Assembly: GCF_009914755.1 (NCBI RefSeq)
Contig: NC_060930.1
Length of the DNA stretch: 64,000 nucleotides
Reading direction: 5' to 3' (one strand)
DNA from: the human T2T-CHM13v2.0 reference genome, Homo sapiens
Under the pieces are notes generated by a model that saw nothing but the letters and a program-made list of their open reading frames with translations, searched no databases and was not told the origin of the DNA. Below, one piece after another: positions 48,376-64,000 of this stretch (positions within the stretch are counted from its first letter, which is position 1; every line of letters begins with the position of its first letter). A program made the translations under genes and the position numbers.

Positions 48376-48987
48376 CTTAAGGATGGTGTTCTTTCCTCTA
48401 CCCCTAGACTTGTTGTCACCTTACATAAAGTGGGCCCTAATAGAATTAATTTGGCTCATGGTTCTGTTTTTTGACTCTTCTTATCTCCTCCCCCCAGATG
48501 GCTATGCCACTGGGAGACAATTAATAAATACCATGTGGAAAATCTGATGGTATAAAAAAAGTTCCACAAAGGAAGTTAGGCAGTAGCAAGTACTACCAAG
48601 GGTGAGGCGGACCAGCCATATTTCTAATACTCTGCTCTGAGAGGAAACAGTCATGCCTTTCTACACAAAAAGGGTCTACCTTGAAGCATACCCTGATAGA
48701 TATTTTGCTCTTCCACTTTTGGAGATAGTACAAAATTTGTACTGATTTGATAAAGCGGATTCAGAATCACAGAAATGTCTTCAGAATTTTCACTGAGAAA
48801 TCCTCTACAAAAATGCCTGACTTGAAAGAATATGACACTTGAGGGAGATTATCCACATTCTATATTTGAGCTTTATTTATTTTTCTTTAGTCCCGAAATG
48901 TAGTCTGCAATGATTTACAGCTGATACCAGTTTACAAAGGGACTGAAGAAGATAAACTTATTCAAAATAATTTATACGGTTCCCCAA

Positions 48988-49019
48988 ACCATAACTTAGA
49001 CCATAAGTTATGGTCTAAG
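48988..49019. repeat. Two overlapping perfect inverted repeats
   Basis: cttagaccataa-g-ttatggtctaag (48995-49019) and accataactta-gacca-taagttatggt (48988-49014). Confidence 0.95.
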
Positions 49020-50447
49020 AACTACATACACTTTAAGAACATAGTGTATCTCAAAATATAGAAGGGGAAATTTCCAGATATGATCTTATCCATGTGTAAG
49101 GATTTGAGGCAAACAAGATGTAATCAAGGAATGTGAAAAAGAACATGCTTCAAATGTCTTTTCCATCTTATTTTCCAGTAGCCTCAGCATGCAGGAACAA
49201 TGTGTGCTCTACAGACGATAAACTTGTTAATCACTTTTATGCAATAAAGCTTATCTCTGTGAGTACATTACTCATTTAAAAAGTTCTAAAGTATAACCCT
49301 ACATGCGAATTTTATTCTCCCAGTAATCTTAATGATCAATTTTATTGCTATGTGCTCGACTGTGAGTATATAATTTGCAAAGAAAAGCTTTTTGAAAATT
49401 GTTATTTTCTTGAGTTTTAAGGAGTCAATAAACTCGATGGAAAATTTGAATTTTATTATTAAATTTCCTCAAAGCCTCCCCCCATCAATTGTACTTCTTG
49501 GCTTTCAGCAGTGTTGGTATTTATTCTCAAATAGCATTCACTGCCTGCTTCAGACCTCATGCACGAGCAATTTGGTTATGAGATGACCCAGTCCAGACAC
49601 ACTGTGGGCTGCTACCACCCTTACCTAAGCCAACCGTAGACCAAATTGTATAATTGAGCAAAGAAATGAAAAAGCAAAGCATGTTGCTTTTCATTTCAAG
49701 AACCAGATATCTTCAGGTCTCTCACAAGGAATCTTCCATTCAATTATCTATTCAATTATTCATCAACCATCCATTGAGCACTATTTGCCAACCCAGAGAC
49801 AGTACAAGAAACATAATGAAATGACTACAGTTTTGTCATCCAGCCCCTCTCCCTCCTCCTGAACTGATAGACCATTTGCAAAACTTGCAGTCCAATGGAA
49901 GAGAAAACAATTCTTTAGGATGCCATTTGGCAGGCACTAATGGAGATATGAGCAATAATATGACTAAATTCAGTTGAATTCGCAATATGATCATATAGGT
50001 ATATTCTTTTTCCTGCAGAGTTCCCAAGTAGGTTTGTTCAGCACTCTTTTGAGCCTCAATTTCTCCACCCACATGATAGAGCTAGTGTCTTCATTTGAGG
50101 ACATCTCAGAAAAAGATGCTACTAGAAATCATTTTGACTTATGCATGACTTAAAATTTTTGCAACATTCCACTTGCAAAAATGTTTATTGATTTTATATA
50201 TAGATCCAGAAAATAGCTGAAGTCCAAGGTCATGTGCTAATTATGTTACTTGTTTTTCTGTTCTTTTAGGATGTTTGAATTCCCCTAAAATATAGCATGC
50301 TCTCTCATTCTTTCAAAAAGGAAAGAAAATGTAATTTAAAATTATAATGATATTATCCAAATGGGTTTTGTAATGCCTCAATTTTTTGTAAGACTGCCAT
50401 TCTTTGTTTTTAAGAACTTTGGTGTAAGGCTAGAATGACAGAAATGA

Positions 50448-50486
50448 TGAGTGTGAGTGTGTGTGTGTGTGTGTGCATGCGTGTGC
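50448..50486. repeat. (TG)n microsatellite
   Basis: tgagtgtgagtgtgtgtgtgtgtgtgtgcatgcgtgtg. Confidence 0.85.
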
Positions 50487-53064
50487 ATAAAATCTTCTTA
50501 TAAAAACAAGAAGGTGTATTGTAATGTCTAATCCAGTGCCAAGAAGAAAGGACCTTCATCTGGGTTGTGAGTCGGGTTCATTCAAAGTTTAGGGAAAAGC
50601 TAGCCCTAGCCAATGCTTACTTCTTTTAATCCTCCTCCTCTTCCTCCTCTTCATCATCATCATCATCATTTATCAAAACTTTGCTGATTCCAAGCACTGT
50701 TCTAGGTACTTTATATCCGATCCTCACAACAAGTCTTCTTAGAAACTGATCTACAGATTAAGTGAATCACCCATGCAGCTAGCTAGAGGGACAAAGCTAG
50801 AATTAAAATAAAGTAAGTCTAAGTGCTGGCCCTCAACTCAGCCCAGAGGCCTGAGTGTCAGCAAGTGGGGTTTTATGCATGCTTCCATGAAAGCACTGGG
50901 CCAGCAGGCCCCACATCCCAGCACTCGCATAACCTGGACCTTGTGACTTGCTTCTGCCTCTGCAGGGGCAGTGTGACAGGGTGTAGGAGAACAGGAACGT
51001 GTCCTCAAAGAAGGTCACCTTTAATCCTTCAATGGACTCTCTGTGCCTGTCAGATTTGAAGGCTGATCTTGCATGAGCCTTCATTTTCCTTCTAACTGGT
51101 TCTTTCTTCCTCTTGCTCACTTTTAAATAGAAAGCTTAAATTTTTCAGATAAGCTGCAGTAATTTAATAGGAATCTACTAGGTAACTGCAGATGGTCAGA
51201 AGTGGTTTCTACTGGCTCCTTTCCTGCCAATCCTGTTACGAATGTTGTCACCTGTTATCAGGGAGCAGCTCAATAACAAATTCCATGATTGGAATTAAAT
51301 TGCTTTAGCTTCATGAGAATTACTTCTTTTGTTGGGAAAAGTGTATTCATGTCATGAAGTTTATTGGCTTTTTACCAATCTCTTCAATCCTCAGGTACCT
51401 TTGTAAAATGTGTGCTAGATATGAGGTAGGATGAGAGAAAAAATGTGCTGTTTCTTTCAGCCAAATATTGGCACTAAAATTACCAGCAATTCTTCTTTAT
51501 GAGAAAAGTCTGCAAAATCCCCTTTAAATAAAGCGTAATGCAAAAAGAAGGGAAAAAAACTGTAAGCTTCCTAATCAAGTCATATATCTATTTCCAGATA
51601 TACTGACTAACCTTACAATTGGAAATCACATTCTAAATATTTATCATGGCAAGGTTCTATGCTAATAGTATTCTTATAGTCCCAGAAGATGCCAACTAGG
51701 TTTTATTTGCATGAAAAGCAACTTCCACAATTAGCATCTTAGCATTTTTTTCCAAAAGGAAAATATTTAAACTTCATGAATGAGTGGGATTTAGAAAGCT
51801 ACTGCAATTCTTGCTTCTTTTTCCTTTTACTTTCCCTGATTGATAAACTGTTTATGTACATAGCATACTTCTACATTTCTAAGAAAGCAGGTCTCCAGAG
51901 AGGTGATGGAGATATTCAATCGGATCATAGCTCTGACTCTTTACATTATAATATATTTGTAATTTTATTACATAGAATTTTGAAGACAATGAACTGTGAA
52001 CCTCAAAGCCCTTGATGACACCAGCCAAGAATGACACATAAGTGATGATTCCAAATTAGTGAGGGTTTTGTCAAAATGTAGTATCACAGGGTCATCCATG
52101 TTTCAAAGATTTACAGCAATAAATTTCATCAGTTTAATCTTGAAACTGGAGAAAAATGATTACCTTTATTGGCTTTTAACTACCAGGCAGATGAGAAAAA
52201 TAAAATACTAGTAACAAGTAAGGAGTATTGGTTGTAGAAATAAGCAAAGGGTAATATAAAGGTGATAACACTACTAATAAAATATGTAAAGCTGAAATAG
52301 CCAATATTTTATATTACTAGAAATTTTATCAAAGAATGCAACAGAATAGGTTTTTTAATTGATATACCATATTTCCTTTCTCCTGAAATTCATTCATACA
52401 AACATTTATTAGGCACTTACAGTGTGTCAGATTAGGGGCTAGGTATAAATGAGGGAAAAACATAGCAGCACATAAGTAATATTCTGTGATCATTTTGGGT
52501 ACAATATACTGCGAATTGGGGTATCATAATTGTTTTTAAAGAGAAAGGCAACCAAAAAATATTCCTAATATGTAACATCTATAGAATAATCTTATATGAG
52601 TTATCAAATAGGTTTCTAGGCTACTTCCATTGGTACATATTTTTTAAATAACTACTATATGGAATACCCTTCTGCAAATGAATTCTAGCCATCATCTCAT
52701 CTTTCCCACACTCATTCAAGAATCCATATCCAGATGCAAGCTTCTGGTTGGTTGAGCCAGGTGATAATGTTGCATGCCAGCCTTCATAGGACAGGAAGGA
52801 AGATCAGTCCCTCAGCCCCTTTAATGAGAAACAGGGTACTACCCTCACCAAGATTAACCCAATGCAAAACCTCCACCAAATGAGAAGGGTGCTGCATGGC
52901 TAGACAGCCAAAAACACAATGTATGACGAGCTTACTCTCCCACCTTCGGCTGCCCAACATTCTTATGTTTTCATTCCCAATTCATTTATTCAAAAATAAA
53001 TAAATAATAAACATTCCTACCTAATATAATGCTAATCTACCCCTGTACAAAAATGCACTATCCC

Positions 53065-53452
53065 TGATATGGTTTGGCTCTTTGTCCCCACCCAAATCTC
53101 ATCTTGAATTGTAATCCCCATCTGTCAAGGAAGAGACTTGTAATCCCCATGTGTTGAGGGAGGGAGGTGATTGGATCATGGAGGCAGTTTTCTCCATGGT
53201 GTTCTTGTGATAGTGAGTAAGTTCTCATGAGATATGATGGTTTTGTAAATGTTTGGAAGCTCCTTCTTCAATATTCTCTCTCCTGTCACCACATGAAGGA
53301 GGTCTTTGCTTCTCCTTCACCTTCCACCATGATTGTAAGGTTCCTGAGTCCTCCCCAGCCATGTGGAACTGTGAGTCAATTAAACCTACTTCCTTTATAA
53401 ATTACTCAGTCTCAGTTACTTCCTTATAGTAGTGTGAAAATGGACTAACACA
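53065..53452 (+). mobile_element. THE1/MSTA-type MaLR solo LTR
   Basis: tgatatggtttggctct...gtgtgaaaatggactaacaca; perfect 5-bp TSD atccc. Confidence 0.95.
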
Positions 53453-54565
53453 ATCCCTTTTCTCAGACGGAGGAAAATACAGCTTGTGTCTGTCCCTGTA
53501 TTCAACACCAAATCCAGGGTTTCTATGTTCTGTCCGTTCCTCCTCCAATTGTCACCAGTTTTCTATTTTGATTTTCAGGACCTATGGACTAAGTTGTAAA
53601 ATCAACGTCAAAACATAGTGGGAGAAGGGAGAAGAAAGAAAACAGTGATAATAGTTAAAGTATACATCAATGAAAGAAATAGAAAAGAGGTTCCCTGACA
53701 AGTGAGCTGGACCATAGCTGCAATTTATTACATGTTTATGTCACCCAGTCTTTTCATGCCAGTACTCCACCCAGTTGAGGGACTTCACCCAAACTTCTAT
53801 TCCTGAAGAACTTGAGACCTCTGCTAGTCCTAGCCACATAGAGTTGCTGAAGTTTTCTCTACCTTTTATCTGGGGATGGTAGTTTTACAAAGTTTCCAAG
53901 GGATCCTTCGTGTTCCCTCCATTTATTTCTCAATATTCCTATTAGCTTCTGTTTTAGAGCAAAACCATATTTTCAACTGAAAGAGAAAGTCTTTCCCCCC
54001 AACCCATCCCTTTTTTGCCAGTTCACCTAGCAGTACAAAGAGCCCAGATAGGCAGGTAAGAGGCTCAGTTTTCAACTCAGTGGAAACACTATTGTGTCTC
54101 CTGGTGGATGCACATCTTTGTTAGGATCTGAACTCTCTAAATCAGCTGAGCCCAGACTTGCAGAGATTAAAGACTTTTGTAAGAGCTTCATGTAAGGAAC
54201 AACTCCAATTTACATCCCTTGTACACCTGCCTATGTCTCCTGGTTCTAGAAGAATAGCACCATTCACTGATTCATAGTATATGCTGCATCAGGCTGGACA
54301 AACACTAACTCTGAAAGGTAATATCTTCCAGCTGTGATTTTAACAAAGTTTTCAATAGGCTTTTCCATTGTTCTACAAGGCCAGGTGCTACTAAGAGATG
54401 GGTACATAAGACCAACGAACCTTATGGACATCAGCTTTATATCTTTTTCTATACAGTGAGTTCCTGGACCAAAGCAATATTTTGTGAGACTCCAAGAATA
54501 TATAGGGAGCATTTTGTAGATCTACGGCAGAAACCAAAAAGACAAATACAAATCCAGAATCATTA

Positions 54566-54941
<376 letters not shown>

Positions 54942-57155
54942 TCACCATGGTTGGCTTTCCATCAGGGAACTTTTCACCAAGAGGCTAGCTAGTCTTTCCA
55001 GGGTGTAGCATCAAATTGGCAGGAACAGAGGGACACTCAGGGTTGTTTGCTACTGCTGTCACCACCAAGTTTGGACATGCAGAATACCTGGCTGTGTCAA
55101 AGAAGCACACACCCACACCACCAAGCTTTTCCTCACTTTTAGTGACAGAGAACTAACTGAGGTGGCAACTTATATTCCGTTTTATTCATTTTGGAAGGCA
55201 AATCCCAGGATATCTCCTAGATAACAGGGATGCTAGAGGCATTAGGTTCTGGTATGTTTTCTAGAGTTTACCTCCTACCCTGTCATATATATCCTTTACC
55301 AAGATATATAGAGTACCAGCCACGTCCTGCTTTTCAGTCCTATCATGAAGAAGTCATCAATACAGCACAGCAGCATGGTACTATGAGACCAGCAACATCC
55401 CCAAAAACTAAAATGTGGCACAGAATCTGCAAACTAATGTATCCTAGAGACAGGATAGTAAAGGGATCTTTCTCACCAGGTCAGATGAAGCAAATGAGTC
55501 CTATTGGTTAGAATAAAGAAAAAAAAATAACTGTATCAATAACTGCATAACAGATATGTTTTAGAGCATTGTTTTTCTGTAGAAGACCAATTCTGGAAGA
55601 GCAGTAGTATTTAGGGTCACCACATTACTATATTTATGAACATCCATTGTTATTCTCCAAGATCCATTCATATTCTGCAAGTTCTGAATTGGGAAATTAA
55701 AAGGGAAAGTAATAGGAAACAACATCCCAGTATTTTGTATTTGCTTGGCATAGTATCTGCAGTTCCTTGAGGGCCATATTATTGCTTCCAATTTGCAAGT
55801 TGCATTGGGTGGAGAGATCCATGGTATCCTCTTGACTCTCCCTTTCATAATAGACCATAATCCACTGGATCAGACCCAATGTTAGCATTCTGCCAGTCAC
55901 TATAGATATGTATTCTATCCAAACCAGAGGCAGGGTAACAGAAGTGTGGCTAAGGCTCTAAGAAACTATAATGCAAGAGAAACTCAGTATGGGGCAAGTC
56001 AGCGGAATTACAGGGTGAGAGAAATTTTAAGAAGAGAATCATAAGGCTTTAAACATTTCAAGAGAATAGACCAATAGTTTAACCAGTTGCAGATTTCAAC
56101 AGGTCAGCCAGCAAGAGACATCTCAAATAAGCCCAGTGAAGACCTAGAGGTCAGCATAAGGACTAACAGGTGAAACTACCATACGTCATGGCCATGAAGA
56201 AAAAAGAGTTCCTATATCCAGACACTATTTTGGAGAAAAGGATGAACAGCCCAGAGAGGAAGTTTAAAGTATGAATTTAGCTGAATATTTTTCTAAAATA
56301 GAATATGATCATCTGAAAAAGCCTTTAATTGGCAAGTTTAAGTGTCCTCTTCCCTTTCTACCATTAAGAGAAAGATTTGAGAGCAAAATTCAATCAGTTC
56401 CAGAAAATAAAGAATGTTTGCTCTTTTTTTTACACATTAGTATAATGTGTAACATTGACTGCACTACCCATTATGTATCAATCAGTGCTAAATTATAGCT
56501 CCAATTGTATCATTCTCCTTTCCTGCTAAACAGTCCTAACAGATCATTCCAGAGTTATCTCCACAATTTACTTCATTCCCTCTACATTCAACCAAAACTG
56601 GCCAATGGTCTCTTCCCTTACACACAACTTAAGCTTTTCTGTCTTCGTGTAAACCAGAAACAAGAAGCCCTCAACAAGGCGGCTTAAGGAAAGGAAAGAG
56701 AACTAGAACCTGGTGGGTCAAGAGCTAAGGGATAAACAAAGCTGCCATATTAGCTCCATTGTAAGGAAGTACGCATGGACGTGTCCCTGAAAGTTTGGCC
56801 ACTCATGCAGGATATGCCAGCACCACTACTCACAGGCCCTGGGCCTGGCAGTTGGGCTGCAGTGGGTGAGCCCCTCGGCAGAAATACATTCAGAAATCAA
56901 GTGGGAGGTGATATGGTTTGGATGTCCCCTCCAAATGTAGAGGGGAGCCCCCAGTGTTGGAGGTGGTCCTGGTAGGAGATGTTTGGGTTATGTGGACAGA
57001 TCCCTTGGGGCTTGGTGCTGTCTCACTGTTGTGAGCGAGTTTTCACAAGATCTGGTCATTTAAACATGTGGCACCTATCCCCCATCTTGCTTCTGCTTTT
57101 GCTATGTGAAATACTGCTCTTACTTCACTTTCTGCCATGAGTAAAAGCTTCCTGA

Positions 57156-57875
<720 letters not shown>

Positions 57876-59802
57876 TAACACAAAAGGAAACACGGGAGTC
57901 CCAGGGACCCATCCCATTTATCACAGAGCCAAGACAGTATCTGAGTATTTGGGGAGCACAGTCATACCTTCAGAAAAGAGGCTAGCCCCTATCCAGGGCT
58001 CAGGAGTTCTATGTGGAGCTTAGATCCAGGAGTAACTATGCACTGTAAAGAAATTGGTCCCGGCCTACTAAGTAATCGACTTCAGGTGACAAGAATTTTT
58101 CAGACCACACCTGTTGATGAGGCCAGGGCTACCAAGGCCAAGCAGAGCTGGGAAAATAAAAAATTGATACCATTATTTGATGCATAGCTCACTTGTGCTT
58201 GGTAAATTCTCCCTTACTTGCATGTTACTCTTTCATGTCCTCTCTCTTTACCCCACATTGTTTTCTTTAAGAGCACCCCACCCCTGCCCCCCCGCACTCT
58301 GGAATAGATAGGGTCCTCGATGCTTGTTTTTCAGCCTTGGTGATCTTTGCATCCTCAGAAGGATCTAACAATCTAACTTGCTCAGAGTAGTACTTAGTTA
58401 TTTATTGACTGCATTTTTATGGTATTAAGTCAAAGTAACAAGGACTTACTTTCTAGAACCATATGCAATCGCTCTGATATAAAGTACTATTGTAAAGGTT
58501 ACCCAATTTGACATGAATATAACAGCTTGAACCAGCTTGCAAAGTGTTTTATACATGGAGTGGTGTTGCAATTGCTAAAGCAGCTGCATTCTTTCTAGAG
58601 AATAGCAAAGATTCTCTGAAGCATTCAAAAACATATAGTCATTGTATATGTTAGTGCTGCCCTTGAAATTACAAAGGATCTTTTGATAAGAGTTCTAAGC
58701 TACAAGTGCTTCCATGGATGCTTGAGGATAATGAGTACAGATTCACACTCCTGCACTTACAGTTGATTCATCTCTTTTGTGACTCTTCTTGGTGAACAAA
58801 GAAAAATAAAAGTAGGTATGAACTGAACATATGCTGAGTCATGTGGGGAACATTTTTGCTTTGTTTTCAAAGAAATGTTTTAGCATCCTGAGTTCCAATA
58901 CAGGGAATTGTGGGAGTCAAATGGATGCAGAAAGTATACATGGATGTATTCAGCACAAATGTGAGTCAAAGAATCTAACAAAACTTATATTAGACTTTTG
59001 TTTTCAGTCAAAGAGAATCAAATTATAACTTTGTAAATTTCTAGGGCTTTTCAAAATAAACAGCCTTTCAGAAAAAAGTGTTGAATAAACGTCAAGGCCA
59101 AATCTTGTTTCAACAAGAAACATTTTAATAGCAAGCAAGTAAAGCAGAGTGCCAATTTCTAAGTTTCTGCTGATCGTTATTTATCTAAACTGCTCACAAC
59201 AGCATCAAGACTGTAGGATCTGGGCTTTGACCCGCCTGCCAATCTCACCTCAATCCTTTTCCTTCTGCCATACCAACAACCTTTCAATTTCTTGACTTTG
59301 CTGTGCTTTTTTATACCTTGGGTCTTTGCACATAATGTTCTCTTTGCTCTAGAAAATTCTCCACTTCCCCACCCTACACACTCCTTACACAACTAGCTCC
59401 TTCTAATCGTTTAGGTCTAAATCTAAATGTGATTTTCTAAGAGAGATCTTCCTAAAATTTGGATTCAGAGCAATCCCAACACCAGCAGGCTTTTTATGGA
59501 AGTTGACAAGCTAACAGTAAAATGTATATGGGATGCAAAAGACAAAAACAAACAAATAAAAAAATGTATATGAAGTTGCAAAGGACCAAGAAAAACTAAG
59601 AATCTTGAAGAAGATGTACAAAGCTCTAATAATAAAAATAAGAGAGTGATCTATTAAAATACAATGAAATAAGAACTTCATTTCTTTCACTGATACCATT
59701 AAAATTGTGGTAAAGTAAACCATAAATATGTACGGGTATGTGTGTGTATAGTCTTGTGTCCAGAATTTATAGCGTTTCTGCAAATCTGTAAGAAAAAGAA
59801 AG

Positions 59803-60203
<401 letters not shown>

Positions 60204-60513
60204 TCAACCACATTAATCATCAGGGAAATGCGAATTAGAAACACAGTAAATAGAGCTGGTAACTGGCAAGATGGCTGAACGGGAACAGCTCAAGCCTGCA
60301 ACTCCCAGTGAGACTGATGCAGAAGGCAGGTGATTCCTGCATTTCCAACTGAGCCTCTGCTGGTGATACCCAGGTAAACAGGGTCTGGAGTGGACCTCCA
60401 GCAAACTCCAGCAGATCTTCAGCAGAGGGGCCTCACTGTTAGAAGGAAAACTAACAAACAGAAAGGAATAGTGTCAACCTCACCAACATCAAAGACCAAA
60501 GGTAGATAAATCC

Positions 60514-61530
60514 ATGAAGACAGAGAGAAGAAACCAGCGCAAAAAGGCTAAAAATTCCAAAAACCAGAAAGCCTCTTCTCCTCTAAAGGATAACAACTCC
60601 TCACCAGCAAGGGAACAAAACTGGATGGAGAATGAGTTTGATGAATTGACAGAAGTAGGCTTCAGAAGATGGGTAATAACAAATTCCTCCAAGCTAAAGA
60701 AGCATGTTCTAACCCAATGCAAGGAAGCTAAGGACCTGGAAAAAAGGTTAGGCAAATTGCTAACTAGAATAAATAACTATGTTTAGAGAAGAACATAAAC
60801 GACCTGATGGAGCTGAAAAATGCAGCACAAGAACTTCATGAAGCATACACAAGTATCAATAGCTGAATCAATCAAGTGCAAGAAAGGATATCAGAGACTG
60901 AAGATCAACTCAATGAAATAAAGTGAGAAGACAAGATTACAGAAAAAAGAGTGAAAAGAAACAAACAAAGCCTCCAAGAAATATAGGACTATGTGAAAAG
61001 ACCAAATCTACATCGGATTGGTATATCTGAAAGTGACAGGGAGAATGGAACCAAGTTGGAAAACACTCTTCAGGATATTATCCAGGAGAACTTCCCCAAT
61101 CTAGCAAGGCAGGCCAACATTCAAATTCAGGAAATACAGAGAACACCACAAAGATATCCTCGAGAAGAGCAACCCCAAAACACATAATCATCAGATTCAC
61201 CAAGGTTGAAATGAAGGAAAAAATGTTAAGGGCAGCCAGAGAGAAAGGTCGGGTTACCCACAAAGGGAAGCCCATCAGACTAACAGTGGGTCTCTCTGCA
61301 GAAACCCTACAAGCCAGAAGAGAGTGGGGGCCAATATTCAACATTCTTAAAGAATTTTCAACCCAGAATTTCATATCCAGCCAAACTAAGCTTCATAAGC
61401 AAAGGAGAAATAAAATCTTTTACTGATTTTGTCACCATCAGGCCTGTCTTACGAGAGCTCCTGAAGGAAGCACTAAATATGGAAAAGAACAACTGGTCCC
61501 AGCCACTGCAAAAAACATACCAAATTGTAA
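60514..61530 (+). pseudogene. L1 ORF1p remnant (stops and frameshifts)
   Basis: NSSPAREQNWMENEFDELTEVGFRRWVITN; KRPNLHRIG...ENFPNLARQANIQIQEIQRTP; MKEKMLRAAREKGRVTHKGKPIRLT. Confidence 0.93.
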
Positions 61531-61593
61531 AGACCATTGACGTTATGAAGAAACTGCATCAACTAATGGGCAAAATAACCAGCTAGCATCAAA

Positions 61594-61935
61594 ATGACAG
61601 GATCAAATTCATACATAACAATATTAGCCTTAAATGTAAATGGGCTAAATGCCCCAATTAAAAGACACAGACTAGCAAATTGGATAAAGAGTCAAGACCC
61701 ATCAGTGTGCTGTATTCAGGAGACCCATCTCACATGCAAAGAAATGCACAGGCTCAAAATAAAGGGATGGAGGAAGATTTACCAAGCAAATGAAAAGCAA
61801 AAAAAAAATAGGGGTTGCAATCCTAGTCTCTGATAAAACAGACTTTAAACCAACAAAGATCAAAAGAGACGAAGAAGGGTATTACATAATGGTAAAGGGA
61901 TCAATGCAATAAGAAGAGCTAACTATCCTAAATAT
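61594..61935 (+). pseudogene. L1 ORF2p endonuclease N-terminal remnant
   Basis: MTGSNSYITILALNVNGLNAPIKRHRLANWIKSQDPSVCCIQETHL. Confidence 0.95.
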
Positions 61936-62045
61936 AAAAACACAATAAATAACACATGCATTCCTTCTAAAATAACTAAAATTTAAAACTCTGACAATAG
62001 CAAGCATTAGTAAATATGGGAAAACAAATGAAATTCTCATTAATT

Positions 62046-62348
62046 GGCTGGGTGCAGTGGTTCATGCCTGTAATCCCAGCACTTTGGGAGGCCGAGGTGG
62101 GCAGATCACAAGGTCAGGAGATTGAGACCATCCTGGCTAACAGTGAAACCCCGTCTCTACTAAAAATGCAAAAAAGAAATTAGCTGGGCGTGGTGGTGGG
62201 CACCTGTAGCCCCAGCTACTCAGGAGGCTGAGGCAGGAGACTGGTGTGAACCCGGGAGGCGGAGCTTGCAGTGAGCCAAGATCACAGCACTGCACTCCAG
62301 CCTGAGCGACAGAGTGAGACTCTCTCTCAAAAAAAAAAAAAAAAAAAA
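62046..62348 (+). mobile_element. Alu (AluY-type)
   Basis: gtgaacccgggaggcggagcttgcagtgagc. Confidence 0.96.
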
Positions 62349-63096
62349 ATTCTAATTGCTGGTAAGAGTATAAATTAGCATCACTTTGGGAAAATAATTT
62401 GGTCCACGTACTAAAGCTGATCTATACATGTGCTATGATCTAGTAATTTATCTCCTTGGTATATAAACGAGAAATGTATACATGTGCTTGCCAAGCAACA
62501 AAATAGAAACTAAGTTTCTATTTTGAGTTCCATTCTTCCTATTGAGTTCAAGCATTGAGTTCCATCCTTCATATTCAAGCATTCCATACTCCCTTGCCCC
62601 TGAGAGTGCATCTAATTCTGGATGATTATCTAGGAGAAAGATTGGGGTATGTGAGTACCTGACTTTGTCTATCATCTATCCATGGTGGTATCTGCTGAGA
62701 TGCCAGCATACTGTTTTGGGTTTTAGCACAACACAGGTTCCTACTGAGTTATCCTATAACTGTATATAAGAATTTTGATATTGCCTCCTGCAATTCCTGT
62801 TGGCACTCCAGAGAGAAAGAACTCAATATTCCATTTCAAGTAAACCATAAGCATCCAAGTTCTTGTTGCTCTCCCACCAGAATGACGTCACTTTTAGATG
62901 TCATGTATTCCCTCAAAGCTGTAGCCTATACCATGAGTCCTTTCCACTTGCCTCAGTAGCTAGACTTCTTAAATTCAAAAGCCGGGACATGAGTGGGGAG
63001 GAAGGAAGAGGCAACACCCCACATACACCAGATGATACCACTCCATTATCTAAAGGCTTGTAATTGCTTTTCCTTATACTCAAAATAAAATATCTA

Positions 63097-63391
<295 letters not shown>

Positions 63392-63404
63392 TAAATCTAA
63401 GGGA

Positions 63405-64000
<596 letters not shown>

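Larger units (their letters stand above)
60253..61937 (+). mobile_element. L1PA (L1PA7-like): spliced 5' UTR, ORF1, start of ORF2, 3'-truncated, with TSD
   Basis: ctggcaagatggctgaac 5' end; junction ccaactgag|cctctgctggtgatacc at 60353/60354; TSD aaacaca(g/a)taaata at 60239-60252 and 61938-61951. Confidence 0.93.

Noticed and set aside
50630-50668. (CCT)n(CAT)n trinucleotide run
   Set aside because: Short compound microsatellite at a MIR tail, not coding.

Overview
Primate, most likely human, genomic DNA that is almost entirely non-coding and repeat-dense. It holds about 31 Alu copies, old L1M and younger L1PA/L1PB fragments, MIR/L2 relics, solo LTRs (MaLR, ERV1, ERVL) and DNA-transposon fossils. 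Nearly all ORFs in the supplied track are Alu/L1 read-throughs. The only credible host-gene signal is a GC-rich 246-nt minus-strand exon (14303-14548) that joins in frame to a possible first exon near 24.4-24.5 kb; I could not identify the gene. No tRNA/rRNA genes, CRISPR array or CpG island were seen. I cannot support a wholly new biological system. The most informative signals are mechanistic footprints of transposition: (1) an L1PA copy that is spliced in its 5' UTR and ends inside ORF2, yet has a target-site duplication (TSD); (2) a ~110-bp L1 tail carrying a 93-bp 3' transduction with its own ATTAAA and second poly(A); (3) a Ricksha MULE transposon whose decayed FLYWCH/MULE transposase lies directly downstream of an MLT2 LTR; (4) one target site hit twice, leaving three TSD copies; (5) a nested double-hairpin template-switch scar. 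Repeat subfamily names come from recall of consensus sequences, and boundaries of old repeats are approximate.
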